Source: Balanoglossus misakiensis (lineage: Eukaryota > Animalia > Hemichordata). From it: a stretch of DNA of 64,000 bases. The DNA lies in contig CM082594.2 in NCBI GenBank assembly GCA_040954595.2, forward strand, positions 1,630,247-1,694,246. Direction: 5' to 3'. Made by a program: the position numbers and the translations under genes. This document shows positions 25,044 through 39,424 of the stretch, piece after piece; the stretch's first letter is position 1, and every line of letters starts with the position of its first letter. Under the pieces are notes generated by a model. It saw nothing but the letters and a program-made list of their open reading frames with translations. It did not search any database and was not told the DNA's origin.

Positions 25044-26232
25044 GAATTTTTCCTTTTTCTTAACTTTTGCATTAAACAGTCTTCCTTTTTGTCGTCGTAA
25101 ACGTCCATTTTTAATTTTTTTTTTCTCCAAATTCTTTAATTCCATGATCATATATTTTTGTTGAACATAACTTCATAAACCGTTCTCTCCTATATAGGTC
25201 TAAGCTATAGGCGCTCGATGGACAACATACAAATTACCAGGTCGGGCTCGGAGTGAGTAGTGTCCAGCTTACGTTGAGTTCATTGTCGCAGAAATTCAAG
25301 CAGTCTTTATTACATTGTTTTTAAACTTTCCTATTAGGCCTAAATAGTCTATTTATTATTTGTCGTCATATACATCAACTTCTTTCTTTCTTTAAATTCA
25401 TGATTTCTATAACTACCTCAATTCCACGATCATTCAAGTTTGTTTTTTTTGCAGAACATAGCAAAACAAAACCGTTCGCTCTCGTGCTGTTTGCGTGTGT
25501 TAGTACTAGGCTAAAGCTTCGTTTGGGTAAATAGTCGCAGAAACTCCCGCGGCTTTCAATTTTTGGTTTTTAAGTCCAATTTGGTGTATGATGTTAATAT
25601 ACCATAGGGACCTTATGGGGTCGGTTAAATCTGTATGTCATAAACGTCATTTTAAAAAAAAAATTAATCTTTCAAGTGTTTTGCATAACATGCCAAGACA
25701 AACCCGTTCCCTCCAATATAAGATAGGGACGGTAATTAATTGCAATAGGGGCCTAATAAACAGAGGATGGTCTAAAAGATATCGTTGGTGGTGCTATCCC
25801 GGACAGCCAGGGTCACGATGGGGTCACGTACGTCTATGATACCGCAAACAAGTCAACTCCACGCTAAATTCAACCTGTCCGCCGGACTGGTAACTTTTTT
25901 ACTATCAGTCTGATGGAAAAACAACCAGTCTCGGACTGTCGGACAGGCGTTATTTCGAATAGTGTGTCTTGCATAACATACCAATATAGGCCTTAGATAG
26001 GGACGGTCGATCGGCCACACAAATTATCAGGTCATTATTTCTCCACTTTAATATGGTCACTTTTTGTAGGATATAACAAGACAAAACCGCTCTCTCCCAT
26101 ATAAATTATAAGATAGGGTCGGTCAATCAGCTGGCCACGCACACAATTATCGTGCCGCGTGCTCTGTGTGTACGCCTATGTGTTAGTGAAGCTTCCTTTT
26201 GCTTAATAATCGTAGAAATTCAAGCAGTGTTT

Positions 26233-26352
26233 GCCTACGGCCATACCACGTCGAATACACCGGTTCTCGTCCGATCACCGAAGTTAAGCTGCGTTGGGCG
26301 TGCTTAGTACTTGGATGGGTGACCGCCTGGGAATACCACGTGCCGTAGGCTT
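26233..26352 (+). rRNA. 5S rRNA (G71C)
   Basis: Full 120-nt copy. Confidence 0.93.
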
Positions 26353-27546
26353 GAATTTTTCCTTTTTCTTAACTTTTGCATTAAACAGTCTTCCTTTTTG
26401 TCGTCGTAAACGTCCATTATTAATTATTTTTTTTCTCCAAATTCTTTAATTCCATGATCATATATGTTTGTTGAACATAAATTCATAAACCGTTCTCTCC
26501 TGTATAGGTCTAAGCTATAGGCGCTCGATGGACAACATACAAATTACCAGGTCGGGCTCGGAGTGAGTAGTGTCCATCTTACGTTGAGTTCATTGTCGCA
26601 GAAATTCAAGCAGTCTTCATTACATTGTTTTTAAACTTTCCTATTAGGCCTAAATAGTCTATTTATTATTTGTCGTCATATACATCAACTTCTTTCTTTC
26701 TTTAAATTCATGATTTCTATAACTACCTCAATTCCACGATCATTCAAGTTTGTTTTTTTTGCAGAACATAGCAAAACAAAACCGTTCGCTCTCGTGCTGT
26801 TTGCGTGTGTTAGTACTAGGCTAAAGCTTCGTTTGGGTAAATAGTCGCAGAAACTCCAGCGGCTTTCAATTTTTGGTTTTTAAGTCCAATTTGGTGTATG
26901 ATGTTAATATACCATAGGGACCTTATGGGGTCGGTTAAATCTGTATGTCATAAACGTCATTTAAAAAAAAAATCATCTTTCAAGTGTTTTGCATAACATG
27001 CCAAGACAAACCCGTTCCCTCCAATATAAGATAGGGACGGTAATTAATTGCAATAGGGGCCTAATAAACAGAGGATGGTCTAAAAGATATCGTTGGTGGT
27101 GCTATCCCGGACAGCCAGGGTCACGATGGGGTCACGTACGTCTATGATACCGCAAACAAGTCAACTCCACGCTAAATTCAACCTGTCCGCCGGACTGGTA
27201 ACTTTTTTTTAGTATCAGTCTGATGGAAAAACAACCAGTCTCGGACTGTCGGACAGGCGTTATATCGAATAGTGTGTCTTGCATAACATACCAATATAGG
27301 CCTTAGATAGGGACGGTCGATCGGCCACACAAATTATCAGGTCATTAATTATTTCTCCACTTTAATATGGTCACTTTTTGTAGGATATAACAAGACAAAA
27401 CCGCTCTCTCCCATATAAATTATAAGATAGGGTCGGTCAATCATCTGGCCACGCACACAATTATCGTGCCGCGTGCTCTGTGTGTACGCCTATGTGTTAG
27501 TGAAGCTTCCGTTTGCTTAATAATTGTAGAAATTCAAGCAGTGTTT

Positions 27547-27666
27547 GCCTACGGCCATACCACGTCGAATACACCGGTTCTCGTCCGATCACCGAAGTTA
27601 AGCTGCGTTGGGCGTGCTTAGTACTTGGATGGGTGACCGCCTGGGAATACCACGTGCCGTAGGCTT
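27547..27666 (+). rRNA. 5S rRNA (G71C)
   Basis: Full 120-nt copy. Confidence 0.93.
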
Positions 27667-28853
27667 GAATTTTTCCTTTTTCTTAACTTTTGCATTAAAC
27701 AGTCTTCCTTTTTGTCGTCGTAAACGTCCATTTTTAATTATTTTTTTTCTCCAAATTCTTTAATTCCATGATCATATATGTTTGTTGAACATAAATTTAT
27801 AAACCGTTCTCTCCTGTATAGGTCTAAGCTATAGGCGCTCGATGGACAACATACAAATTACCAGGTCGGGCTCGGAGTGAGTAGTGTCCATCTTACGTTG
27901 AGTTCATTGTCGCAGAAATTCAAGCAGTCTTCATTACATTGTTTTTAAACTTTCCTATTAGGCCTAAATAGTCTATTTATTATTTGTCGTCATATACATC
28001 AACTTCTTTCTTTCTTTAAATTCATGATTTCTATAACTACCTCAATTCCACGATCATTCAAGTTTGTTTTTTTTTGCAGAACATAGCAAAACAAAACCGT
28101 TCGCTCTCGTGCTGTTTGCGTGTGTTAGTACTAGGCTAAAGCTTCGTTTGGGTAAATAGTCGCAGAAACTCCCGCGGCTTTCAATTTTTGGTTTTTAAGT
28201 CCAATTTGGTGTATGATGTTAATATACCATTGGGACCTTATGGGGTCGATTAAATCTGTATGTCATAAACGTCATTTAAAAAAAATCATCTTTCAAGTGT
28301 TTTGCATAACATGCCAAGACAAACCCGTTCCCTCCAATATAAGATAGGGACGGTAATTAATTGCAATAGGGGCCTAATAAACAGAGGATGGTCTAAAAGA
28401 TATCGTTGGTGGTGCTATCCCGGACAGCCAGGGTCACGATGGGGTCACGTACGTCTATGATACCGCAAACAAGTCAACTCCACGCTAAATTCAACCTGTC
28501 CGCCGGACTGGTAACTTTTTTACTATCAGTCTGATGGAAAAACAACCAGTCTCGGACTGTCGGACAGGCGTTATTTCGAATAGTGTGTCTTGCATAACAT
28601 ACCAATATAGGCCTTAGATAGGGACGGTCGATCGGCCACACAAATTATCAGGTCATTATTTCTCCACTTTAATATGGTCACTTTTTGTAGGATATAACAA
28701 GACAAAACCGCTCTCTCCCATATAAATTATAAGATAGGGTCGGTCAATCAGCTGGCCACGCACACAATTATCGTGCCGCGTGCTCTGTGTGTACGCCTAT
28801 GTGTTAGTGAAGCTTCCGTTTGCTTAATAATCGTAGAAATTCAAGCAGTGTTT

Positions 28854-28973
28854 GCCTACGGCCATACCACGTCGAATACACCGGTTCTCGTCCGATCACC
28901 GAAGTTAAGCTGCGTTGGGCGTGCTTAATACTTGAATGGGTGACCGCCTGGGAATACCACGTGCCGTAGGCTT
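28854..28973 (+). rRNA. 5S rRNA variant (G71C/G75A/G82A)
   Basis: Full length with loop E and box C substitutions. Confidence 0.88.
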
Positions 28974-30130
28974 GAATTTTTCCTTTTTCTTAACTTTTGC
29001 ATTAAACAGTCTTCCTTTTTGTCGTCGTAAACGTCCATTTTTAATTATATATTTTTTTCTCCAAATTCTTTAATTCCATGGTCTTATATTTTTGTTGAAC
29101 ATAACTTCATAAACCGTTCTCTCCTGTATAGGTCTAAGCTATAGGCGCTCGATGGACAACATACAAATTACCAGGTCGGGCTCGGAGTGAGTAGTGTCCA
29201 GCTTACGTTGAGTTCATTGTCGCAGAAATTCAAGCAGTCTTCGTTACATTGTTTTTAATTTTTCCTATTAGGCCTAAATAGTCTATTTATTGTTTATCGT
29301 CATATACATCAACTTCTTTCATGATTTCTATAACTACCTCAATTCCACGATCATTCAAGTTTTTTTTTTTTTGCAGAACATAGCAAAACAAAACCGTTCG
29401 CTCTCGTGCTGTTTGCGTGTGTTAGTACTAGGCTAAAGCTTCGTTTGGGTAAATAGTCGCAGAAACTCCAGCGGCTTTCAATTTTTGGTTTTTAAGTCCA
29501 ATTTGGTGTATGATGTTAATATACCATAGGGACCTTATGGGGTCGGTTAAATCTGTATGTCATAAACGTCATTTAAAAAAAAAAAATCATCTTTCAAGTG
29601 TTTTGCATAACATGCCAAGACAAACCCGTTCCCTCCAATATAAGATAGGGACGGTAATTAATTGCAATAGGGGCCTAATAAACAGAGGATGGTCTAAAAG
29701 ATATCGTTGGTGGTGCTATCCCGGACAGCCAGGGTCACGATGGGGTCACGTACGTCTATGATACCGCAAACAAGTCAACTCCACGCTAAATTCAACCTGT
29801 CCGCCGGACTGGTAACTTTTTTTTAGTATCAGTCTGATGGAAAAACAACCAGTCTCGGACTGTCGGACAGGCGTTATATCGAATAGTGTGTCTTGCATAA
29901 CATACCAATATAGGCCTTAGATAGGGACGGTCGATCGGCCACACAAATTATCAGGTCATTAATTATTTCTCCACTTTAATATGGTCACTTTTTGTAGGAT
30001 ATAACAAGACAAAACCGCTCTCTCCCATATAAATTATAAGATAGGGTCGGTCAATCATCTGGCCACGCACACAATTATCGTGCCGCGTGCTCTGTGTGTA
30101 CGCCTATGTGTTAGTGAAGCTTCCGTTTGC

Positions 30131-30140
30131 TTAATAATTG
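30131..30140 (+). promoter_or_regulatory. TATA-like element at -30..-21 of 5S (shown for one unit; present in all full units)
   Basis: TTAATAATTG at a fixed distance upstream of +1, as in many Pol III type-1 5S genes. Confidence 0.5.
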
Positions 30141-30160
30141 TAGAAATTCAAGCAGTGTTT

Positions 30161-30280
30161 GCCTACGGCCATACCACGTCGAATACACCGGTTCTCGTCC
30201 GATCACCGAAGTTAAGCTGCGTTGGGCGTGCTTAGTACTTGGATGGGTGACCGCCTGGGAATACCACGTGCCGTAGGCTT
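30161..30280 (+). rRNA. 5S rRNA (G71C)
   Basis: Full 120-nt copy. Confidence 0.93.
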
Positions 30281-30283
30281 GAA

Positions 30284-30295
30284 TTTTTCCTTTTT
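30284..30295 (+). terminator. Pol III terminator T5-CC-T5 (shown for one unit)
   Basis: GGCTT-GAA-TTTTT-CC-TTTTT follows the genes. Confidence 0.75.
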
Positions 30296-31468
30296 CTTAA
30301 CTTTTGCATTAAACAGTCTTCCTTTTTGTCGTCGTAAACGTCCATTTTTAATTATTTTTTTTCTCCAAATTCTTTAATTCCATGATCATATATGTTTGTT
30401 GAACATAAATTTATAAACCGTTCTCTCCTGTATAGGTCTAAGCTATAGGCGCTCGATGGACAACAAACAAATTACCAGGTCGGGCTCGGAGTGAGTAGTG
30501 TCCATCTTACGTTGAGTTCATTGTCGCAGAAATTCAAGCAGTCTTCATTACATTGTTTTTAAACTTTCCTATTAGGCCTAAATAGTCTATTTATTATTTG
30601 TCGTCATATACATCAACTTCTTTCTTTCTTTAAATTCATGATTTCTATAACTACCTCAATTCCACGATCATTCAAGTTTGTTTTTTTTTGCAGAACATAG
30701 CAAAACAAAACCGTTCGCTCTCGTGCTGTTTGCGTGTGTTAGTACTAGGCTAAAGCTTCGTTTGGGTAAATAGTCGCAGAAACTCCCGCGGCTTTCAATT
30801 TTTGGTTTTTAAGTCCAATTTGGTGTATGATGTTAATATACCATTGGGACCTTATGGGGTCGATTAAATCTGTATGTCATAAACGTCATTTAAAAAAAAA
30901 TCATCTTTCAAGTGTTTTGCATAACATGCCAAGACAAACCCGTTCCCTCCAATATAAGATAGGGACGGTAATTAATTGCAATAGGGGCCTAATAAACAGA
31001 GGATGGTCTAAAAGATATCGTTGGTGGTGCTATCCCGGACAGCCAGGGTCACGATGGGGTCACGTACGTCTATGATACCGCAAACAAGTCAACTCCACGC
31101 TAAATTCAACCTGTCCGCCGGACTGGTAACTTTTTTACTATCAGTCTGATGGAAAAACAACCAGTCTCGGACTGTCGGACAGGCGTTATTTCGAATAGTG
31201 TGTCTTGCATAACATACCAATATAGGCCTTAGATAGGGACGGTCGATCGGCCACACAAATTATCAGGTCATTATTTCTCCACTTTAATATGGTCACTTTT
31301 TGTAGGATATAACAAGACAAAACCGCTCTCTCCCATATAAATTATAAGATAGGGTCGGTCAATCAGCTGGCCACGCACACAATTATCGTGCCGCGTGCTC
31401 TGTGTGTACGCCTATGTGTTAGTGAAGCTTCCGTTTGCTTAATAATCGTAGAAATTCAAGCAGTGTTT

Positions 31469-31588
31469 GCCTACGGCCATACCACGTCGAATACACCGGT
31501 TCTCGTCCGATCACCGAAGTTAAGCTGCGTTGGGCGTGCTTAATACTTGAATGGGTGACCGCCTGGGAATACCACGTGCCGTAGGCTT
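31469..31588 (+). rRNA. 5S rRNA variant (G71C/G75A/G82A)
   Basis: Full length. Confidence 0.88.
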
Positions 31589-32768
31589 GAATTTTTCCTT
31601 TTTCTTAACTTTTGCATTAAACAGTCTTCCTTTTTGTCGTCGTAAACGTCCATTTTTAATTATATATTTTTTTCTCCAAATTCTTTAATTCCATGGTCTT
31701 ATATTTTTGTTGAACATAACTTCATAAACCGTTCTCTCCTGTATAGGTCTAAGCTATAGGCGCTCGATGGACAACATACAAATTACCAGGTCGGGCTCGG
31801 AGTGAGTAGTGTCCAGCTTACGTTGAGTTCATTGTCGCAGAAATTCAAGCAGTCTTCGTTACATTGTTTTTAATTTTTCCTATTAGGCCTAAATAGTCTA
31901 TTTATTGTTTATCGTCATATACATCAACTTCTTTCATGATTTCTATAACTACCTCAATTCCACGATCATTCAAGTTTTTTTTTTTTGCAGAACATAGCAA
32001 AACAAAACCGTTCGCTCTCGTGCTGTTTGCGTGTGTTAGTACTAGGCTAAAGCTTCGTTTGGGTAAATAGTCGCAGAAACTCCAGCGGCTTTCAATTTTT
32101 GGTTTTTAAGTCCAATTTGGTGTATGATGTTAATATACCATTGGGACCTTATGGGGTCGGTTAAATCTGTATGTCATAAACGTTATTTTAAAAAAAAAAT
32201 TCATCTTTCAAGTGTTTTGCATAACATGCCAAGACAAACCCGTTCCCTCCAATATAAGATAGGGACGGTAATTAATTGCAATAGGGGCCTAATAAACAGA
32301 GGATTGTCTAAAAGATATCGTTGGTGGTGCTATCCCGGACAGCCAGGGTCACGATAGGGTCACGTACGTCTATGATACCGCAAACAAGTCAACTCCACGC
32401 TAAATTCAACCTGTCCGCCGGACTGGTAACTTTTTTACTATCAGTCTGATGGAAAAACAACCAGTCTCGGACTGTCGGACAGGCGTTATTTCGAATAGTG
32501 TGTCTTGCATAACATACCAATATAGGCCTTAGATAGGGACGGTCGATCGGCCACACAAATTATCAGGTCATTATTTCTCCACTTTAATATGGTCACTTTT
32601 TGTAGGATATAACAAGACAAAACCGCTCTCTACCATATAAATTATAAGATAGGGTCGGTCAATCAGCTGGCCACGCACACAATTATCGTGCCGCGTGCTC
32701 TGTGTGTACGCCTATGTGTTAGTGAAGCTTCCGTTTGCTTAATAATCGTAGAAATTCAAGCAGTGTTT

Positions 32769-32888
32769 GCCTACGGCCATACCACGTCGAATACACCGGT
32801 TCTCGTCCGATCACCGAAGTTAAGATGCGTTGGGCGTGGTTAGTACCTGGATGGGTGACCGCCTGGGAATACCACGTGCCGTAGGCTT
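32769..32888 (+). rRNA. 5S rRNA (C57A, T79C)
   Basis: Full length. Confidence 0.9.
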
Positions 32889-34076
32889 GAATTTTTCCTT
32901 TTTCTTAACTTTTGCATTAAACAGTCTTCCTTTTTGTCGTCGTAAACGTCCATTTTTAATTATATTTTTTTTCTCCAAATTCTTTAATTCCATGATCATA
33001 TATTTTTGTTGAACATAACTTCATAAACCGTTCTCTCCTGTATAACTCTAAGCTATAGGCGCTCGATGGACAACATACAAATTACCAGGTCGGGCTCGGA
33101 GTGAGTAGTGTCCAGCTTACGTGAGTTCATAGTCGCAGAAATTCAAGCAGTCTTCATTACATTGTTTTTAAACTTTCCTATTAGGCCTAAATAGTCTATT
33201 TATTATTTGTCGTCATATACATCAACTTCTTTCTTTCTTTAAATTCATGATTTCTATAACTACCTCAATTCCACGATCATTCAAGTTTGTTTTTTTTTGC
33301 AGAACATAGCAAAACAAAACCGTTCGCTCTCGTGCTGTTTGCGTGTGTTAGTACTAGGCTAAAGCTTCGTTTGGGTAAATAGTCGCAGAAACTCCCGCGG
33401 CTTTCAATTTTTGGTTTTTAAGTCCAATTTGGTGTATGATGTTAATATACCATTGGGACCTTATGGGGTCGATTAAATCTGTATGTCATAAACGTCATTT
33501 AAAAAAAATCATCTTTCAAGTGTTTTGCATAACATGCCAAGACAAACCCGTTCCCTCCAATATAAGATAGGGACGGTAATTAATTGCAATAGGGGCCTAA
33601 TAAACAGAGGATGGTCTAAAAGATATCGTTGGTGGTGCTATCCCGGACAGCCAGGGTCACGATGGGGTCACGTACGTCTATGATACCGCAAACAAGTCAA
33701 CTCCACGCTAAATTCAACCTGTCCGCCGGACTGGTAACTTTTTTACTATCAGTCTGATGGAAAAACAACCAGTCTCGGACTGTCGGACAGGCGTTATTTC
33801 GAATAGTGTGTCTTGCATAACATACCAATATAGGCCTTAGATAGGGACGGTCGATCGGCCACACAAATTATCAGGTCATTATTTCTCCACTTTAATATGG
33901 TCACTTTTTGTAGGATATAACAAGACAAAACCGCTCTCTCCCATATAAATTATAAGATAGGGTCGGTCAATCAGCTGGCCACGCACACAATTATCGTGCC
34001 GCGTGCTCTGTGTGTACGCCTATGTGTTAGTGAAGCTTCCGTTTGCTTAATAATCGTAGAAATTCAAGCAGTGTTT

Positions 34077-34196
34077 GCCTACGGCCATACCACGTCGAAT
34101 ACACCGGTTCTCGTCCGATCACCGAAGTTAAGCTGCGTTGGGCGTGCTTAATACTTGAATGGGTGACCGCCTGGGAATACCACGTGCCGTAGGCTT
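34077..34196 (+). rRNA. 5S rRNA variant (G71C/G75A/G82A)
   Basis: Full length. Confidence 0.88.
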
Positions 34197-35383
34197 GAAT
34201 TTTTCCTTTTTCTTAACTTTTGCATTAAACAGTCTTCCTTTTTGTCGTCGTAAACGTCCATTTTTAATTATATATTTTTTTCTCCAAATTCTTTAATTCC
34301 ATGGTCTTATATTTTTGTTGAACATAACTTCATAAACCGTTCTCTCCTGTATAGGTCTAAGCTATAGGCGCTCGATGGACAACATACAAATTACCAGGTC
34401 GGGCTCGGAGTGAGTAGTGTCCAGCTTACGTTGAGTTCATTGTCGCAGAAATTCAAGCAGTCTTCGTTACATTGTTTTTAATTTTTCCTATTAGGCCTAA
34501 ATAGTCTATTTATTGTTTATCGTCATATACATCAACTTCTTTCATGATTTCTATAACTACCTCAATTCCACGATCATTCAAGTTTTTTTTTTTTTGCAGA
34601 ACATAGCAAAACAAAACCGTTCGCTCTCGTGCTGTTTGCGTGTGTTAGTACTAGGCTAAAGCTTCGTTTGGGTAAATAGTCGCAGAAACTCCAGCGGCTT
34701 TCAATTTTTGGTTTTTAAGTCCAATTTGGTGTATGATGTTAATATACCATAGGGACCTTATGGGGTCGGTTAAATCTGTATGTCATAAACGTCATTTAAA
34801 AAAAAAAAATCATCTTTCAAGTGTTTTGCATAACATGCCAAGACAAACCCGTTCCCTCCAATATAAGATAGGGACGGTAATTAATTGCAATAGGGGCCTA
34901 ATAAACAGAGGATGGTCTAAAAGATATCGTTGGTGGTGCTATCCCGGACAGCCAGGGTCACGATGGGGTCACGTACGTCTATGATACCGCAAACAAGTCA
35001 ACTCCACGCTAAATTCAACCTGTCCGCCGGACTGGTAACTTTTTTTTAGTATCAGTCTGATGGAAAAACAACCAGTCTCGGACTGTCGGACAGGCGTTAT
35101 ATCGAATAGTGTGTCTTGCATAACATACCAATATAGGCCTTAGATAGGGACGGTCGATCGGCCACACAAATTATCAGGTCATTAATTATTTCTCCACTTT
35201 AATATGGTCACTTTTTGTAGGATATAACAAGACAAAACCGCTCTCTCCCATATAAATTATAAGATAGGGTCGGTCAATCATCTGGCCACGCACACAATTA
35301 TCGTGCCGCGTGCTCTGTGTGTACGCCTATGTGTTAGTGAAGCTTCCGTTTGCTTAATAATTGTAGAAATTCAAGCAGTGTTT

Positions 35384-35503
35384 GCCTACGGCCATACCAC
35401 GTCGAATACACCGGTTCTCGTCCGATCACCGAAGTTAAGCTGCGTTGGGCGTGCTTAGTACTTGGATGGGTGACCGCCTGGGAATACCACGTGCCGTAGG
35501 CTT
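35384..35503 (+). rRNA. 5S rRNA (G71C)
   Basis: Full length. Confidence 0.93.
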
Positions 35504-36691
35504 GAATTTTTCCTTTTTCTTAACTTTTGCATTAAACAGTCTTCCTTTTTGTCGTCGTAAACGTCCATTTTTAATTATTTTTTTTCTCCAAATTCTTTAA
35601 TTCCATGATCATATATGTTTGTTGAACATAAATTTATAAACCGTTCTCTCCTGTATAGGTCTAAGCTATAGGCGCTCGATGGACAACAAACAAATTACCA
35701 GGTCGGGCTCGGAGTGAGTAGTGTCCATCTTACGTTGAGTTCATTGTCGCAGAAATTCAAGCAGTCTTCATTACATTGTTTTTAAACTTTCCTATTAGGC
35801 CTAAATAGTCTATTTATTATTTGTCGTCATATACATCAACTTCTTTCTTTCTTTAAATTCATGATTTCTATAACTACCTCAATTCCACGATCATTCAAGT
35901 TTTTTTTTTTTTGCAGAACATAGCAAAACAAAACCGTTCGCTCTCGTGCTGTTTGCGTGTGTTAGTACTAGGCTAAAGCTTCGTTTGGGTAAATAGTCGC
36001 AGAAACTCCCGCGGCTTTCAATTTTTGGTTTTTAAGTCCAATTTGGTGTATGATGTTAATATACCATTGGGACCTTATGGGGTCGATTAAATCTGTATGT
36101 CATAAACGTCATTTAAAAAAAAATCATCTTTCAAGTGTTTTGCATAACATGCCAAGACAAACCCGTTCCCTCCAATATAAGATAGGGACGGTAATTAATT
36201 GCAATAGGGGCCTAATAAACAGAGGATGGTCTAAAAGATATCGTTGGTGGTGCTATCCCGGACAGCCAGGGTCACGATGGGGTCACGTACGTCTATGATA
36301 CCGCAAACAAGTCAACTCCACGCTAAATTCAACCTGTCCGCCGGACTGGTAACTTTTTTACTATCAGTCTGATGGAAAAACAACCAGTCTCGGACTGTCG
36401 GACAGGCGTTATTTCGAATAGTGTGTCTTGCATAACATACCAATATAGGCCTTAGATAGGGACGGTCGATCGGCCACACAAATTATCAGGTCATTATTTC
36501 TCCACTTTAATATGGTCACTTTTTGTAGGATATAACAAGACAAAACCGCTCTCTCCCATATAAATTATAAGATAGGGTCGGTCAATCAGCTGGCCACGCA
36601 CACAATTATCGTGCCGCGTGCTCTGTGTGTACGCCTATGTGTTAGTGAAGCTTCCGTTTGCTTAATAATCGTAGAAATTCAAGCAGTGTTT

Positions 36692-36811
36692 GCCTACGGC
36701 CATACCACGTCGAATACACCGGTTCTCGTCCGATCACCGAAGTTAAGCTGCGTTGGGCGTGCTTAATACTTGAATGGGTGACCGCCTGGGAATACCACGT
36801 GCCGTAGGCTT
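36692..36811 (+). rRNA. 5S rRNA variant (G71C/G75A/G82A)
   Basis: Full length. Confidence 0.88.
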
Positions 36812-37991
36812 GAATTTTTCCTTTTTCTTAACTTTTGCATTAAACAGTCTTCCTTTTTGTCGTCGTAAACGTCCATTTTTAATTATATATTTTTTTCTCC
36901 AAATTCTTTAATTCCATGGTCTTATATTTTTGTTGAACATAACTTCATAAACCGTTCTCTCCTGTATAGGTCTAAGCTATAGGCGCTCGATGGACAACAT
37001 ACAAATTACCAGGTCGGGCTCGGAGTGAGTAGTGTCCAGCTTACGTTGAGTTCATTGTCGCAGAAATTCAAGCAGTCTTCGTTACATTGTTTTTAATTTT
37101 TCCTATTAGGCCTAAATAGTCTATTTATTGTTTATCGTCATATACATCAACTTCTTTCATGATTTCTATAACTACCTCAATTCCACGATCATTCAAGTTT
37201 TTTTTTTTTGCAGAACATAGCAAAACAAAACCGTTCGCTCTCGTGCTGTTTGCGTGTGTTAGTACTAGGCTAAAGCTTCGTTTGGGTAAATAGTCGCAGA
37301 AACTCCAGCGGCTTTCAATTTTTGGTTTTTAAGTCCAATTTGGTGTATGATGTTAATATACCATTGGGACCTTATGGGGTCGGTTAAATCTGTATGTCAT
37401 AAACGTTATTTTAAAAAAAAAATTCATCTTTCAAGTGTTTTGCATAACATGCCAAGACAAACCCGTTCCCTCCAATATAAGATAGGGACGGTAATTAATT
37501 GCAATAGGGGCCTAATAAACAGAGGATTGTCTAAAAGATATCGTTGGTGGTGCTATCCCGGACAGCCAGGGTCACGATAGGGTCACGTACGTCTATGATA
37601 CCGCAAACAAGTCAACTCCACGCTAAATTCAACCTGTCCGCCGGACTGGTAACTTTTTTACTATCAGTCTGATGGAAAAACAACCAGTCTCGGACTGTCG
37701 GACAGGCGTTATTTCGAATAGTGTGTCTTGCATAACATACCAATATAGGCCTTAGATAGGGACGGTCGATCGGCCACACAAATTATCAGGTCATTATTTC
37801 TCCACTTTAATATGGTCACTTTTTGTAGGATATAACAAGACAAAACCGCTCTCTACCATATAAATTATAAGATAGGGTCGGTCAATCAGCTGGCCACGCA
37901 CACAATTATCGTGCCGCGTGCTCTGTGTGTACGCCTATGTGTTAGTGAAGCTTCCGTTTGCTTAATAATCGTAGAAATTCAAGCAGTGTTT

Positions 37992-38111
37992 GCCTACGGC
38001 CATACCACGTCGAATACACCGGTTCTCGTCCGATCACCGAAGTTAAGATGCGTTGGGCGTGGTTAGTACCTGGATGGGTGACCGCCTGGGAATACCACGT
38101 GCCGTAGGCTT
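37992..38111 (+). rRNA. 5S rRNA (C57A, T79C)
   Basis: Full length. Confidence 0.9.
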
Positions 38112-39304
38112 GAATTTTTCCTTTTTCTTAACTTTTGCATTAAACAGTCTTCCTTTTTGTCGTCGTAAACGTCCATTTTTAATTATATTTTTTTTCACCA
38201 AATTCTTTAATTCCATGGTCATATATTTTTGTTGAACATAACTTCATAAACCGTTCTCTCCTGTATAGGTCTAAGCTATAGGCGCTCGATGGACAACATA
38301 CAAATTACCAGGTCGGGCTCGGAGTGAGTAGTGTCCAGGTTACGTTGAGTTCATTGTCGCAGAAATTCAAGCAGTCTTCATTACATTGTTTTTAAACTTT
38401 CCTATTAGGCCTAAATAGTCTATTTATTATTTGTCGTCATATACATCAACTTCTTTCTTTCTTTAAATTCATGATTTCTATAACTACCTCAATTCCACGA
38501 TCATTTAAGTTTGTTTTTTTTGCAGAACATAGCAAAACAAAACCGTTCGCTCTCGTGCTGTTTGCGTGTGTTAGTACTAGGCTAAAGCTTCGTTTGGGTA
38601 AATAGTCGCAGAAACTCCAGCGGCTTTCAATTTTTGGTTTTTAAGTCCAATTTGGTGTATGATGTTAATATACCATTGGGACCTTATGGGGTCGGTTACA
38701 TCTGGATGTCATAAACGTCATTTTTTAAAAAAAAATTCATCTTTCAAGTGTTTTGCATAACATGCCAAGACAAACCCGTTCCCTCCAATATAAGATAGGG
38801 ACGGTAATTAATTGCAATAGGGGCCTAATAAACAGAGGATGGTCTAAAAGATATCGTTGGTGGTGCTATCCCGGACAGCCAGGGTCACGATGGGGTCACG
38901 TACGTCTATGATACCGCAAACAAGTCAACTCCACGCTAAATTCAACCTGTCCGCCGGACTGGTAACTTTTTTACTATCAGTCTGATGGAAAAACAACCAG
39001 TCTCGGACTGTCGGACAGGCGTTATTTCGAATAGTGTGTCTTGCATAACATACCAATATAGGCCTTAGATAGGGACGGTCGATCGGCCACACAAATTATC
39101 AGGTCATTATTTCTCCACTTTAATATGGTCACTTTTTGTAGGATATAACAAGACAAAACCGCTCTCTCCCATATAAATTATAAGATAGGGTCGGTCAATC
39201 AGCTGGCCACGCACACAATTATCGTGCCGCGTGCTCTGTGTGTACGCCTATGTGTTAGTGAAGCTTCCGTTTGCTTAATAATCGTAGAAATTCAAGCAGT
39301 GTTT

Positions 39305-39424
39305 GCCTACGGCCATACCACGTCGAATACACCGGTTCTCGTCCGATCACCGAAGTTAAGCTGCGTTGGGCGTGCTTAATACTTGAATGGGTGACCGCCT
39401 GGGAATACCACGTGCCGTAGGCTT
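39305..39424 (+). rRNA. 5S rRNA variant (G71C/G75A/G82A)
   Basis: Full length. Confidence 0.88.
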
